The notes below the pieces were generated by a model. That model was given only the letters and a program-made list of their open reading frames with translations. It searched no databases and was not told the origin of the DNA. The translations under genes and the position numbers were made by a program. A stretch of DNA of 64,000 nt. Source: Cyanophyceae cyanobacterium. Its GTDB lineage: Bacteria > Cyanobacteriota > Cyanobacteriia > Cyanobacteriales > Laspinemataceae. Below are positions 22,237-33,135 of the stretch, one piece after another. Each line of letters starts with the position of its first letter. Positions within the stretch are counted from its first letter, which is position 1. The DNA lies in assembly GCA_038321985.1 (NCBI GenBank), contig JBBQFN010000003.1, positions 288,001 through 352,000 on the forward strand, in the 5' to 3' direction.

Positions 22237-23007
22237 TTAGGGTTGTTCCGGTTGGGGTTGCGATTGCAAATATTCCAAGGTTTCTACCGAAGGAACCAGA
22301 ACGATCTTAGTTACTGCCGGGTCGTTATTATTTTCCAATTCTTCAATGACTTTATCCAAATTGCTGACCTTAATATCAATCGTAGGAGCTAACTCCGGCT
22401 GTTGTTGCCGCACCCGATTTAACATTGATTCCAACTGCTGCCGATTGAAAAAGATCGGAATCATTTGCTGACCGTCTTGTTCGATGGTTAAATATCCCTG
22501 TTGGGGGCCAATTGTGGCATAAAAGAGCGGGATACCATTAAATAAAGGCATTCCATTAGATTCAGGGACTTCCTGACCATCCCGTTGGAGTTCCTCAGCG
22601 GCAAATTGCACCTGTTCTTGTACAGGAATGAACGCAAATTCTACGCGTTCAGGATTGCTGTTATTGGCTTGTTCTAATTCATAAACTTTCGCCAAAGAAA
22701 CCGGGACTACTTGGGTGTTTCCCGCTAAATCTGGATTTTGTTGCTGAATTTTTTGAACAAACTGTTCTGCATCCCTTTGGCTCATAAAGAAGCTGGCGAT
22801 CGAAGCCTCTTGCTCGTCATTGGTGACCGAGGCAATTAAGGGAGTCCCTTCCGCATTCGTAATCGTAAAAACTAGGACGGATTCTAGTTTTTTCATAATT
22901 TCTTGGGCGGGTAATGCTAAAGCCCGATTCATTCCAGGTAACAACGGCCCTAGAATAACGCTTCCCATTAGACCGAGAGTTGCACTCCAGCGTACTAATA
23001 ATTTCAT
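22237..23007 (-). CDS. Tic22 family protein
   Basis: Signal peptide, KLESVLVFTITNAEGTP, VVPVSLAKVY, FNGIPLF, IPIFF; ATG at 23007 preferred. Confidence 0.85.
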   Translation of the reverse strand: MKLLVRWSATLGLMGSVILGPLLPGMNRALALPAQEIMKKLESVLVFTITNAEGTPLIASVTNDEQEASIASFFMSQRDAEQFVQKIQQQNPDLAGNTQVVPVSLAKVYELEQANNSNPERVEFAFIPVQEQVQFAAEELQRDGQEVPESNGMPLFNGIPLFYATIGPQQGYLTIEQDGQQMIPIFFNRQQLESMLNRVRQQQPELAPTIDIKVSNLDKVIEELENNNDPAVTKIVLVPSVETLEYLQSQPQPEQP

Positions 23008-23788
23008 TTTGAAACCTGATAGCGATACCAGTTGATTTACTTGATCCAACACATCAAACCTCAATCGGTTTTAGGTTAATTGTCTTGAGGGATTTGGTTT
23101 TATCTTTCGCCTTTTGTGCGATAGATCGGTAAGCTTTAGATGATCAAGCTAGGGCGATCAGTTGCTTCTGGCTCAATCTACAACAGATTTTCCCCTAATT
23201 ACAGAATTCTGAGAGATCAGGGTTGTTATCTGTAGCGTTTCTAAAGGCAACCCAATTGTAGTTTCCCGGACTATGCTAAATGGGGAAGAGTTCCGTTATC
23301 AGTTCAGATAACCGCTCCCCCTTCTCCTGCGATCCTTCTTGAATATCCTGCGAGTTATAAAGCTACTATAAAATTTGCCAGTTACCCAATTATCCTAAAC
23401 GGTCGTGAATACCGGCTTGAACCCAGTGTAGCTTCTGATAAGGCTGCTTCAGCCTGCTCAATTTAGCTTTTATAATAGCAATCTATTATAGCACCGTCTT
23501 CATTATAACAATCTTTAATATAACCACTGATTCAAACCCTAGGATTTGAGGAGTAGAAGGGTTCAACGGATTTAAACTCGCTGGATTTAAACTAGCTATA
23601 GTCCTCTTGGGGATACTCATCCCGATGGTTTTGTTTTCTGATTGCTACAAAATCTCCGCAGAAAACCAGGAGGTAGACTTCTTCCTTTCTCGGACCCTTA
23701 GAGGGCCAAGAGACCACAGGTGCGACCTTCTCAGTCTCCCTAGGAAGATTTTAAGCCCTAGGAAATTGTATTCACTCACTTGATTAAA

Positions 23789-23862
23789 TCGGGATGACAG
23801 GATTTGAACCTGCGACATCCTGCTCCCAAAGCAGGCGCGCTACCAAGCTGCGCTACATCCCG
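23789..23862 (-). tRNA. tRNA-Pro(TGG)
   Basis: Reverse complement CGGGATGTAGCGCAGCTTGGTAGCGCGCCTGCTTTGGGAGCAGGATGTCGCAGGTTCAAATCCTGTCATCCCGA; cloverleaf with TGG anticodon; CCA not encoded. Confidence 0.97.
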
Positions 23863-23876
23863 GACAGATTTTTTTT

Positions 23877-23907
23877 ATTATAGCACCATCTTACGGAGAA
23901 AAGTCAA
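23877..23907 (-). promoter_or_regulatory. Promoter of tRNA-Pro
   Basis: Minus-strand TTGACT ... TGCTATAAT (extended -10) just upstream of the tRNA; 19-bp spacer. Confidence 0.6.
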
Positions 23908-24511
23908 GGCTTTTTTTAGGAAAACATCAGAATTGGGTGACGATCGCCCCTCGTATGGGGGGTCCTATCCCTCAAACCCAGATTTGAGGGGGCTTTAAGG
24001 GCTAAGTCTAACGCCCTACAAAAACCTAGACTCAATGCAGGGTGCAGCTACAGAGACAGTGGTAGTCCTAGAATAGAGGAATTGGCTTGCCCTAATGAAC
24101 CTGAGTGATTTTTCCCCGTAATAAGAGCCAGATCTAGGGTAGACGGGTTTAGAGTTTTCAAGGTCAATAGATTTCTGGCTGGTTTGAGAATAAATCGAAG
24201 TTTTCCGACCTTGTTTATATATAATTCACGAACCCACTTTAAAAATTTAACCCCAGTTAAACTCTAGTTATTTCTTTAAAAATTAAATAAATTTAGCGGC
24301 TCAATATTTGAGTATTTTCCCTATTTTTTTTACAACCCTGCTAAATTTCTCTCAGAAACTGAGACCCTCATTACCTATTTATGGCGACCCAAAGCCAGGG
24401 GGCGCGGGCTAAACAGAAACAAGTCGTTGACAACCGAAAGGGGTATTATCCTCAATCCCTATCTATAGAGAAAAAATTAAGAACCCCGAAAGAGGACGGG
24501 TTCTGTTGACT

Positions 24512-24730
24512 TTAAACCGTTGCCGTTATGGGCTGATGAGATTGCCGTAACTCCCGAGACTCTTGCTTAACTCGACCTTTCATCGCCTCCTTTTGCAAAG
24601 CCATAAATGCCTGAAAATCTTCTAGGTCGTATTGTGTCTGCTGCAACAGCAAACGCAGGCGCTCTTCCGCTTCAACCGTCAAGTACCCGGTTACTAATGC
24701 GTGCTGTACGATTTGGCTAATAACTTTCAT
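24512..24730 (-). CDS. Small conserved cyanobacterial hypothetical protein
   Basis: IVQHALVTGYLTVEAEERLRLLL...FMALQ...VKQESRE resembles a widespread cyanobacterial family. Confidence 0.7.
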   Translation of the reverse strand: MKVISQIVQHALVTGYLTVEAEERLRLLLQQTQYDLEDFQAFMALQKEAMKGRVKQESRELRQSHQPITATV

Positions 24731-25537
24731 ATAAATGCCCCCGAATTAGATCTGTGTTTAAAAAGTAGCCTGCTGAAAATTTCAGACCCTTCTGAGTGTT
24801 TCCGGGTTTCTAAGTTTGAAGGAAGTTATCAAAATATCTATCTTTAGAAATAATTTATGGGGTTAATTACTACTCCCCTAGATATAGATTAAGGAGTTAA
24901 AGGAGCCACTTATTCTCAGAAAACCCTTGGGCGAAGGAGATAGACTCTCTAGGGTGCTTGCATCCGCACAAATGTTAGCCCTAAAACCTTTTTTGTGGCA
25001 ATGATAGAGGTTTTAATGTAGTGACGAGGATGGACAATAACTCTATTAATTTAGGTCTTTGTTGTACCCAATCAAGGGGGTTATAGGGGTTGACGGATTG
25101 ATAAAGACTTCCCTGAGTTAATTGATGATCCAGAGGGGAGAAAAATGTTCTTGACATCCAGGACATTGTATGATTAAAAATAGCCTAGGCTGAGGCAACC
25201 TAACCTAGAAATAGGCAACTCACCGCTATATTTTCGTAAACACCGGGCGATGAGTGGAAGTGGTGATAGTAAAAAATTGGAGAAACTCGCCGAAAAAGAG
25301 TGGTGCGTTTTTGGGGTGCGGTTGAGGGGGTGAAGAAGCGGTGTTACGAGGGGTTAAATCTCTGATAAAATTGGGGATCAATTAGGAAGTCTATCTAGTC
25401 GGCGCGATCGCGCTTTTGGGGAGTGTCCGGCGATCGCCAGCCCATCGGTTTGTAGGCAATCTCTGTGCGATCGCACCGTCGGCGGAACCCACTAGAGCGA
25501 GACCCTCCTAGCCTGCTAAAAATTTCGAGTTGCATAG

Positions 25538-26350
25538 ATGAAATCTTACCTAGCTGCCGCGATTCAAATGACCAGCGTGCCGGACCTTGCCAAAAACTTG
25601 GCTCAGGCAGAAGAACTGATCGATCTGGCTGTGCGCCGGGGTGCCGAGTTAATCGGGTTACCGGAGAATTTTTCGTTTTTGGGAGAAGAATCACAAAAAG
25701 TTCTTCAAGCCGAAGCGATCGCCGTTGAGAGCGAAAAATTCATCAAAACAATGGCGCAGCGATACCAGGTAACCATCCTTGGCGGCGGCTTTCCCGTACC
25801 CGTCAATGATGGGCAAGTGTACAACACCGCTATCCTGGTAGAACCGAATGGGCAGGAAGTGGCACGGTATCAAAAAGTCCATCTCTTTGACGTTAACGTT
25901 CCGGATGGGAACACCTACCAAGAATCCAGTACGGTCAAAGCTGGGGACGTCCTCCCTCCGATCTACCAGTCGGAGAAACTTGGCATTCTGGGGCTATCTG
26001 TCTGCTATGACGTGCGGTTTCCAGAACTGTATCGACATCTCTCCTACAAAGGGGCCGAAGTTTTATTTATCCCCGCTGCCTTTACAGCCTACACCGGCAA
26101 AGATCATTGGCAGATCTTGCTACAAGCGCGGGCGATTGAAAATACCTGTTATGCGATCGCCCCAGCACAGACCGGGCGACACTACGGCATGAGACATTCC
26201 CACGGCCACGCCCTAATTATCGACCCCTGGGGTGCAATTTTAGCTGATGCCGGAGACCAACCCGGAGTGGCGATCGCCGAAATCAGCCCCTCGCGCCTCG
26301 AACAAGTCCGTCGCCAAATGCCCTCCTTGCAACACCGGGTTTTTGTTTAA
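25538..26350 (+). CDS. Carbon-nitrogen hydrolase (Nit1-like)
   Basis: LPENF, YQKVHLFDV, VCYDVRFPE (E-K-C triad), QARAIEN. Confidence 0.92.
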   Translation: MKSYLAAAIQMTSVPDLAKNLAQAEELIDLAVRRGAELIGLPENFSFLGEESQKVLQAEAIAVESEKFIKTMAQRYQVTILGGGFPVPVNDGQVYNTAILVEPNGQEVARYQKVHLFDVNVPDGNTYQESSTVKAGDVLPPIYQSEKLGILGLSVCYDVRFPELYRHLSYKGAEVLFIPAAFTAYTGKDHWQILLQARAIENTCYAIAPAQTGRHYGMRHSHGHALIIDPWGAILADAGDQPGVAIAEISPSRLEQVRRQMPSLQHRVFV

Positions 26351-26542
26351 CTCAAAAAGATTCTCCCGTTGACCCCTAACCCCAGTCACGGGAGCATTTT
26401 TGGCGATTTTACCGCTCCTGTATGACCTGAAACCCGTTCGGGAATTATAGCAACCATAAGATATTTTGCGATCGTCCTCGCTCCTTATGGGAAGACAATA
26501 AACAAAACAGGTACATTAGACAGGACGCATTCTGCAAAATAA

Positions 26543-27982
26543 ATGGCAGAGACTTTTATATTGGTGAATTCCCTTACCTCAACTCTTTTTTCTTCCTTTC
26601 TTGACAAAACTCTACCCCTGCTGGCAACAGCAGGAACCGAAGTGGCCCCAGCCGCTCACTCGGTGAAAGTAGACGAAGCAATCGTCGTAGCGGGAGTGCT
26701 ACTAAGTTTAGTCGTGATTTACCTCGCCAGCAAAATAGGGGGCGAGATTTGTTCAAGGATTAACCTGCCTCCGGTTTTAGGTGACCTCGTAGGTGGTGTC
26801 ATCGTTGGGGTTTCTGTCCTCAAGCTGATTGTTTTCCCTGAAGGCGGTGAAGATGGCAGTAGTTCAGCGATTATGAGCTTTCTGCAAAGCACCACCAGTT
26901 TAGAGCCAGAGGCCCTCGTTGCCACCTTTGCCGCCCAGAGTGAAGTGATTGCAATTCTGGCAGAACTCGGGGTGATTATTTTGCTGTTTGAAATTGGCCT
27001 AGAATCAGAACTCAAAGAACTGATTAAATACGGACCCCAAGCAGCAATCGTGGCCGTCGTTGGGGTTGTCTTACCTTTTGGGGCGGGGACCCTAGGCTTA
27101 ATTAGCCTATTTCATGTTGCCACCATCCCGGCCATTTTTGCAGGGGCGGCCCTGACTGCGACCAGTATTGGCATCACCGCCAAGGTTCTAGCAGAAATTG
27201 GCCGTCTAAGCGACAAAGAAGGCCAGATTATTATTGGCGCAGCGGTACTCGATGATATCCTCGGGATTATCGTCTTGGCTGTAGTTGCCAGTTTGGTCAA
27301 AACTGGTGAAGTCGAAATCACCAATATTGCCTATCTGATTGTGAGTGCAGGCGCTTTCCTCGTGGGCGTGATTCTCCTGGGTCGCTTTCTGAGCCCCTAT
27401 TATGTGGCCTTTGTGAAAGAACTCAAAACCCGTGGACCCTTGCTGATTACAGCCCTAATTATTGCCTTTGTCCTCTCCTACGTCGGCGCAGCGATTCGAT
27501 TAGAAGCCATTCTCGGTGCATTTGCGGCCGGGTTAGTCCTGGGGGAAACGGAAAAACAGCAGGAACTTGAAGAACAGGTGGTTCCCCTGGCGGATTTCTT
27601 TGTCCCGATTTTCTTCGTGGTAGTCGGTGCCAAAACCAATCTTGGGGTTCTTAATCCTGCGGTTCCCAGCAATCGGGAAGGGCTGATTATTGCAGCCTTT
27701 CTAATTGTGGTGGCGATTGTGGGTAAGGTGATTGCGGGTTTTGCCGTTTTTGGTCAACCGGGCATCAACCGACTGGCGATCGGCATCGGCATGATTCCCC
27801 GAGGAGAAGTGGGATTAGTCTTTGCAGGGGTTGGAGTCGCCAGTGGCGCACTTTCTCCGTCCCTAGAAGCAGCGATTATTATGATGGTGATTCTGACAAC
27901 TTTTGTAGCACCCCCGTTGTTACGAATTGTGTTTAAAGATCCATCGTCCGAAACTGAAAGTGCGGGATCTACTCCTAAGTGA
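26543..27982 (+). CDS. Na+/H+ antiporter, CPA2 family (NhaS3-like)
   Basis: Many TM helices, ATSIGITAKVL, AAVLDDILG, GMIPRGEVGL. Confidence 0.9.
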   Translation: MAETFILVNSLTSTLFSSFLDKTLPLLATAGTEVAPAAHSVKVDEAIVVAGVLLSLVVIYLASKIGGEICSRINLPPVLGDLVGGVIVGVSVLKLIVFPEGGEDGSSSAIMSFLQSTTSLEPEALVATFAAQSEVIAILAELGVIILLFEIGLESELKELIKYGPQAAIVAVVGVVLPFGAGTLGLISLFHVATIPAIFAGAALTATSIGITAKVLAEIGRLSDKEGQIIIGAAVLDDILGIIVLAVVASLVKTGEVEITNIAYLIVSAGAFLVGVILLGRFLSPYYVAFVKELKTRGPLLITALIIAFVLSYVGAAIRLEAILGAFAAGLVLGETEKQQELEEQVVPLADFFVPIFFVVVGAKTNLGVLNPAVPSNREGLIIAAFLIVVAIVGKVIAGFAVFGQPGINRLAIGIGMIPRGEVGLVFAGVGVASGALSPSLEAAIIMMVILTTFVAPPLLRIVFKDPSSETESAGSTPK

Positions 27983-28277
27983 TCTAGCAATTTTCAACCC
28001 GAATCGAGATTTTCGGGTGCGTCAGATGTGAAAGGTTACCTACTGTAATTTAGATATTCTGACGCACCCTATCCACCCATTTTAAAGGGTCAGAATTAAT
28101 TTTAAAGGCGTTATATCATTATTTTTTAGACCAACTTGTTGTAGAAAATTATCATGGCACCGATATTGTGGCAATGCCAACAAGAAAGGGATATAGCATG
28201 GCTATACCCCTGGAGTGCAAGCATCTCGCTCGCTAGTTTGAAATTCGTTCTATTTTAGAATTCCCCAAGGGGAAGGA

Positions 28278-28664
28278 TTAGCCCACTTTTACTTCATTGG
28301 TCTTGACATCCTTAGCGCCATAAACCCCACGAGCAATTCCAACGACTCGATCTAAATCGGCTTGGGAAGGAATTTCTCCTTTGAATACTACGGTACTGCC
28401 AGTTTGGGCGATCCAGAGCCGGTCAAAATCCGTGGTACTGGGATTTTCATCTATGGCGAGGGCAACACGCTTGGCAAGCCCGCTATCGTCATGTTCCCCA
28501 TGTAATCCCAATCGTTCTGGCGGAATGTCCGGCTGTTGGGGTGCGGCAGGAACGGAATAGCTCTGTGCAGGGCCAGAAGGATTTGAGGCTGGGGGCGCTT
28601 GAACCGTTGTCTCTTTAGATTTGTCCGGTTTTCCGATGTTGAATAATTTTTGTAACAAACCCAT
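28278..28664 (-). CDS. BON-domain protein
   Basis: DDSGLAKRV...TGSTVVFKG...ARGVYGAKDV. Confidence 0.75.
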   Translation of the reverse strand: MGLLQKLFNIGKPDKSKETTVQAPPASNPSGPAQSYSVPAAPQQPDIPPERLGLHGEHDDSGLAKRVALAIDENPSTTDFDRLWIAQTGSTVVFKGEIPSQADLDRVVGIARGVYGAKDVKTNEVKVG

Positions 28665-29174
28665 TTGTCATTGACTCCTAAATTTTCAAGGGTTTCCAAA
28701 TTTTATGCGAAGTTCAGAGTGGTTCTATTCCATCTCTAGGAAGATTTCTCGGCAAACTGCCAGAAATCCTTGTTCGCGCCTATACTATCTTTTGATAGTC
28801 GCCATCATTGTAGCTCTATTGAATACCCAGCACCCGACCCGAGACAGCAAGGGTGGGGAATCAGGCCCTAGAATGGGGCGAGTGAGGCATTTTTCTGGGG
28901 AGACGCTGGGGATCCGGACAACTGGCGGAGGGCGAGCGCCTTTTACCGGGAATCAGGAGAATAGCTTCGGGGTAAGCATGAGCTGTGGGACCCTTGACCT
29001 GCTTTGGGGTTGGAGTCCAGGATGGGGGTTATCTGAGAAACAGGGAATTACCCGAATTGAGAATTTTGTTAAAAACCTGGGGTGACCCCGGCAGGTCAGG
29101 ATAAAATTAGCTGGCATAGACTTAATGAAATACAAAAATAGTAGCGATCGCCCTGGTTGGGTCGCTTTTGTCCT

Positions 29175-29705
29175 ATGAAACATACTCTTTCTGTTTTGGT
29201 GGAAGATGAAGCCGGTGTTTTGAGCCGGATCGCCGGACTATTTGCTCGTCGCGGGTTCAATATTGAAAGTCTGGCGGTGGGTCCAGCGGAACAATTAGGC
29301 ATTTCTCGGATTACGATGGTTGTACCCGGGGACGATCGCGTGATTGAACAGTTAACGAAACAACTGTATAAGCTGATTAACGTGATCAAGGTGCAGGATA
29401 TTACTGAGACTCCCTGCGTCGAACGGGAGTTAATGCTGCTTAAGGTAAATGCAAATAGCAATAACCGCCCAGAAATTGTGGAACTGGCTCAGATTTTCCG
29501 GGCGCGGGTGGTAGATGTGGCGGAAGATTCGCTGATTATTGAAGTGGTCGGGGATCCGGGTAAAATGGTAGCGATCGTCCAGGTCCTCGCCAAGTTTGGC
29601 ATCCGAGAAATTGCCCGCACAGGTAAAATAGCCCTCACTCGCGAATCCGGGGTGAATACGGAGTTTCTCAAGTCATTGGAAGCGAAAATGTTTCCCATTT
29701 CTTAG
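29175..29705 (+). CDS. ilvN: Acetolactate synthase small subunit
   Basis: [48 protein letters not shown]. Confidence 0.96.
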   Translation: MKHTLSVLVEDEAGVLSRIAGLFARRGFNIESLAVGPAEQLGISRITMVVPGDDRVIEQLTKQLYKLINVIKVQDITETPCVERELMLLKVNANSNNRPEIVELAQIFRARVVDVAEDSLIIEVVGDPGKMVAIVQVLAKFGIREIARTGKIALTRESGVNTEFLKSLEAKMFPIS

Positions 29706-29930
29706 CTCTGGTGTAGGCAATTCATCAGATTCCGATGAAAAAATTAGTGGGTTGATCGAACCTTGCCTATTGCACTGATTTCGATAACCCACTTTTGGGG
29801 CGATCGCTTTTTTTATTTCAAGGCGATCGCTAAATTTTTTTTCCTAAATCAACTCAAAAAATCGGGTAACACCTCAAAGGTTTGACGCTGAATCATTCCG
29901 ACTCCAGAAACGGTTGCAACGGATTGCGCC

Positions 29931-30038
29931 TTATGCTGCCTGTTGTTGTTCTTGCTTCACAACCATCCATTTCCCCGTGTCGGGGTCGCGATAGGTCATA
30001 AATGGATTTTGTCGGAGTGGCTTGGTCTGGGTTGCCAT
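29931..30038 (-). CDS. Small protein, 35 aa, copy 1 (MATQTKPLRQNPFMTYRDPDTGKWMVVKQEQQQAA)
   Basis: Absent from the ORF track; GGAGG RBS and TAATAT -10 upstream; two paralogs in the window conserve the frame and the TYRD(P)xTGxW motif. Confidence 0.8.
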   Translation of the reverse strand: MATQTKPLRQNPFMTYRDPDTGKWMVVKQEQQQAA

Positions 30039-30210
30039 TGCAAAAACCTCCCTCAGTTGGTTCTATATTTATATTATTCTGGAAGCAAGGAGAGGAAGGT
30101 GATAAGACCAAGGCTAAGATATGATTGCGATCGCATCTTTCCGGTACGCTAGACACTGACAGTTGTCCCTAAATGGGTATTTACTCCGGATGACGACTCT
30201 CTATTAATCA

Positions 30211-30219
30211 TGTTAATCT
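30211..30219 (+). promoter_or_regulatory. Extended -10 (TGtTAATCT) for the hairpin RNA and vWA operon
   Basis: Lies 7 nt upstream of the first paired base of the 30227-30312 hairpin. Confidence 0.5.
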
Positions 30220-30226
30220 CAAACAA

Positions 30227-30312
30227 GCTAACAGGCGGGACTTTGGTGCGACTTCCGGAAATAACCTGTAAAGTTAGACTCTACAAGTCGTGCCGTGACT
30301 CCCCTTGTTAGC
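30227..30312 (+). ncRNA. Candidate Y-RNA-like structured RNA (or structured leader)
   Basis: GCTAACAGG-(C)-GGGA pairs with TCCCCTTGTTAGC; GGTGCGACTT pairs with AAGTCGTGCC using G-U pairs; apical TGT(AA)AG-TTAGACT-CTACA T-loop-like hairpin; followed by CCTTTT. Confidence 0.6.
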
Positions 30313-30338
30313 CCTTTTCTAACTAGGACTGCTTTAAC

Positions 30339-31784
30339 GTGGACGCCCAATGGTCAAAACAGGTTTCCCAAGTTGAACGGCAAGATTTAGTCATGTTTAT
30401 TAATGCCTGTCTGTCTTGTACAGGACAGCGGGAATTTTATAATAATAATTATGGCACGGGTGTTTCTATTGATTTTTTGCATGACTACATCTTAGGCAAT
30501 TATCGGTTATTATATGCCCGCACCTTAGCCGCCGGCATCAATCATTTTAATCGGGCCCAAATCATTTTAAAACTGTTGGCGACGGGACGGGATACCCTAC
30601 CGGAACATCGCCAGGAGGAAGGCGCGTTAATTGCCGCTGCCTTAAATGAATTGCCACCCCAACGGGCGTGGAAAGTCTTAGCCGAAATTCGTCGCCGGGG
30701 AATCAATAATCGGCGCAGTCGGGCAATTACCAGAGATTATATACAATCTCGCCGGGACCTGAGCTTTCAAGCGGTGAAATATCGCTCAAAATTACGGGCA
30801 GTTACCATTCATAATCATCTCAAGTTGGAGACGGAACTGGCCGCGTTTTTATTTGAACCGATGAAAATAAAAGCTTATCAAACCGAGATTTTCGAGTATT
30901 TTCGGAAAGCAAAGTACGATCGCACGGCGATTTATGCCTTACCCTTAACCGTTGCCGAAGGATTTGCGGCTCAACATGGCATCAAACGTGAGATTTTCCT
31001 CGATCGCATTCAGGAACAAATGACCCCCGGGGAAAAATTACGCTTACAAAAAACTGCCAAGCGGGAGAAACAGGAAATTTCTCTCGATTTAGGACAAATG
31101 CCCTTGACAAAATTAGCACTTTATGTGCTATCGTTATCTCGGATCGAACGAGGCGATCGCATTGCCCTCCTAGATACCGCCCTCGACACTGCCGCCCGTA
31201 AGACATTACACCACTCCCCGATGCACCTGGGACGAGTCGCTACAGTCCTCGATTGTAGCTATTCCGCCTCCGGTTCCTCAGAAAAACGGCGGCGTCCCCT
31301 GGGAATTGCCTTAGCTGCCCATTATCTCCTCAAAGCTGCATCGCAAGAGTATCGGGCATTTTGGACAGTCCCCCAAACCGAGGCGCTGTTGGTGACCCCC
31401 AGAGGACAAACGGACTTAGCGACCCCGGTATTGGATGCCTTGGAATGGGGGGCGGATTTAATCGTAATTATCTCCGATGGTTGGGAAAATGACCCGCCCA
31501 AAGGTGCGGCACAAGTGCTAGAAGTCTATCGCCAGAAACTTGATCCAACTCGTAAGACAGTGATTGTTCATGGGAATCCGGTATTTGATACAGATAACTT
31601 TCTCTTACGCGCTCTCACTCCGGAAATTCCCACGGTGGGATTGCGGGATGCGGAGGATTTGCCTACCCTGCTCGGATTTGCCCGATTTGCGGAGGGAAGT
31701 GCGGGATTATCAGAGTTAGAGGCATATCTCGCGGCTAAAGTGAGGCAACTATTAGGAGAGTCGCATCAGGAGAGAGGGAAATGA
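30339..31784 (+). CDS. TROVE/Ro60-like helical protein with C-terminal vWA domain
   Basis: MIDAS elements VLDCSYS, GQTDLA, IISDGWEN; basic helical N-terminal region with TGQREFY reminiscent of TROVE N-termini; GTG start. Confidence 0.65.
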   Translation: MDAQWSKQVSQVERQDLVMFINACLSCTGQREFYNNNYGTGVSIDFLHDYILGNYRLLYARTLAAGINHFNRAQIILKLLATGRDTLPEHRQEEGALIAAALNELPPQRAWKVLAEIRRRGINNRRSRAITRDYIQSRRDLSFQAVKYRSKLRAVTIHNHLKLETELAAFLFEPMKIKAYQTEIFEYFRKAKYDRTAIYALPLTVAEGFAAQHGIKREIFLDRIQEQMTPGEKLRLQKTAKREKQEISLDLGQMPLTKLALYVLSLSRIERGDRIALLDTALDTAARKTLHHSPMHLGRVATVLDCSYSASGSSEKRRRPLGIALAAHYLLKAASQEYRAFWTVPQTEALLVTPRGQTDLATPVLDALEWGADLIVIISDGWENDPPKGAAQVLEVYRQKLDPTRKTVIVHGNPVFDTDNFLLRALTPEIPTVGLRDAEDLPTLLGFARFAEGSAGLSELEAYLAAKVRQLLGESHQERGK

Positions 31785-32965
31785 GTCGCAAACAGCCATT
31801 ATTGGAAAAATTATCTCTACGGGGGCTAGAAATTGCTCCCTCCCAGGTTTACGGAGGGATTCGCCTCGTGCCCTTGTTGCGATCGCATCCCCGCCCAGAT
31901 TTACGCCTGCAACGCCGCCAATATCAAGAAGAGTTGGGAATCGTCGCCGTTGAAGGTGAGATAAATCATCCGGAGATGGCGTATTTTTCCTATATTCCCC
32001 ACGGGTTAGTTCTCTCCTGGGGGGAAAGTGCCACAGAAGCGGCATTCGGGACCCAGTTGCAGGGACGGGATGGGAAAGTGTTGGACTATGGTTGTGCGAA
32101 AGTGCGACTGATGCACCGGATGGCAAAGCGGGAAAGTCGGGATTCGCTGCGATTCTTGCCGTTGCATTTAGCAATGGAGGGATTTTTGGGGATGTTCTTT
32201 TCGGGACCGGCGATCGCCTGGCAGGAGTATTCTCGACAAGCGCTATCCGAGGGATTGGGGACGCGGTGGGAAGTGTCATACAGTGGCGGTGCAGTCGAGG
32301 GATTAGAAGATGCCCTCCGGGTGTTTGAAATCCACGAGAATCAAGTGGGGATGTTAGTCTTTGTCGCCGATGCCCTAGCATCCGCCTTTATCGTTCCCAA
32401 TCCCCAGGATTATCGCGCCTTACATCGCACCTTACTGGAAGATTTTTATGGGGAATTGATTTATCAATATGGGTTACTGTATGATACACCCTTTCCAATG
32501 GATGTTACCCTGGAAGCGGATAAAATTCAGACCTTGCCGGAGTTAAGGAAAGCGGTAGCTGAGTTGCGATCGCAGTGGGGAAAGTTTCATGGATTTATGG
32601 CGACCAACTTATTACAACGGGAGTTAAACAGTCAGCGAGTCTACACCGCTGGACCCTTTGCCCTGCAACGATTTATCACCGAACTCGAACCCAAGGGAGA
32701 GAATCATATTGGAGAGGCGATTATTTCCGAAACCGGAGAGATTCAATATTTAAAAACCTATCGCTTATCTGCCGCCCAGACTCGGCGAGTGTATCTGTTA
32801 AGTCAGTTAGCGAAATATGATTGGAATTTAGAAATAACCGCCAGGGAATTAGGGCAAACTCGGGATGAATTAGCCTTGCGGTTAGATAAGGCAGGGTTTG
32901 GGTATTTGTTGAAGCAAAATGTATTAGAGGTAGCGCGGAAGAATCTGAAGAAAGGGAGGGGGTAG
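31781..32965 (+). CDS. ARPP-2-like protein with C-terminal Fis-type HTH
   Basis: GGIRLVPL, SYIPHG, LRFLPLHLAMEG, ALRVFEIH, DYRALH motifs recalled from that family; C-terminal LAKYDWNLEITARELGQTR HTH; ATGA overlap with the upstream gene. Confidence 0.65.
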   Translation: MSRKQPLLEKLSLRGLEIAPSQVYGGIRLVPLLRSHPRPDLRLQRRQYQEELGIVAVEGEINHPEMAYFSYIPHGLVLSWGESATEAAFGTQLQGRDGKVLDYGCAKVRLMHRMAKRESRDSLRFLPLHLAMEGFLGMFFSGPAIAWQEYSRQALSEGLGTRWEVSYSGGAVEGLEDALRVFEIHENQVGMLVFVADALASAFIVPNPQDYRALHRTLLEDFYGELIYQYGLLYDTPFPMDVTLEADKIQTLPELRKAVAELRSQWGKFHGFMATNLLQRELNSQRVYTAGPFALQRFITELEPKGENHIGEAIISETGEIQYLKTYRLSAAQTRRVYLLSQLAKYDWNLEITARELGQTRDELALRLDKAGFGYLLKQNVLEVARKNLKKGRG

Positions 32966-33135
32966 GGATGCCGAGACGGTGAATGATGGGGTTTAGGGTA
33001 ACTTAGTTTGCTTATGAAGTTATGAGCATAGAAGAAAAGGCGATCGCCTTTTATGGAGGTCCATAAACAGGCGATCGGTCCAACATTTTCCCCTTTTCCA
33101 ACTACGCGGTGCTGGGAATATTTATATTTGTCCTA

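Noticed and set aside
23064..25500. Integrative element at tRNA-Pro
   Set aside because: No integrase and no duplicated tRNA 3' end seen in the window
29893..30156. Track ORFs of 87 aa (-) and 69 aa (+)
   Set aside because: Wrong frame or strand; the frame conserved among three paralogs is 29931-30038
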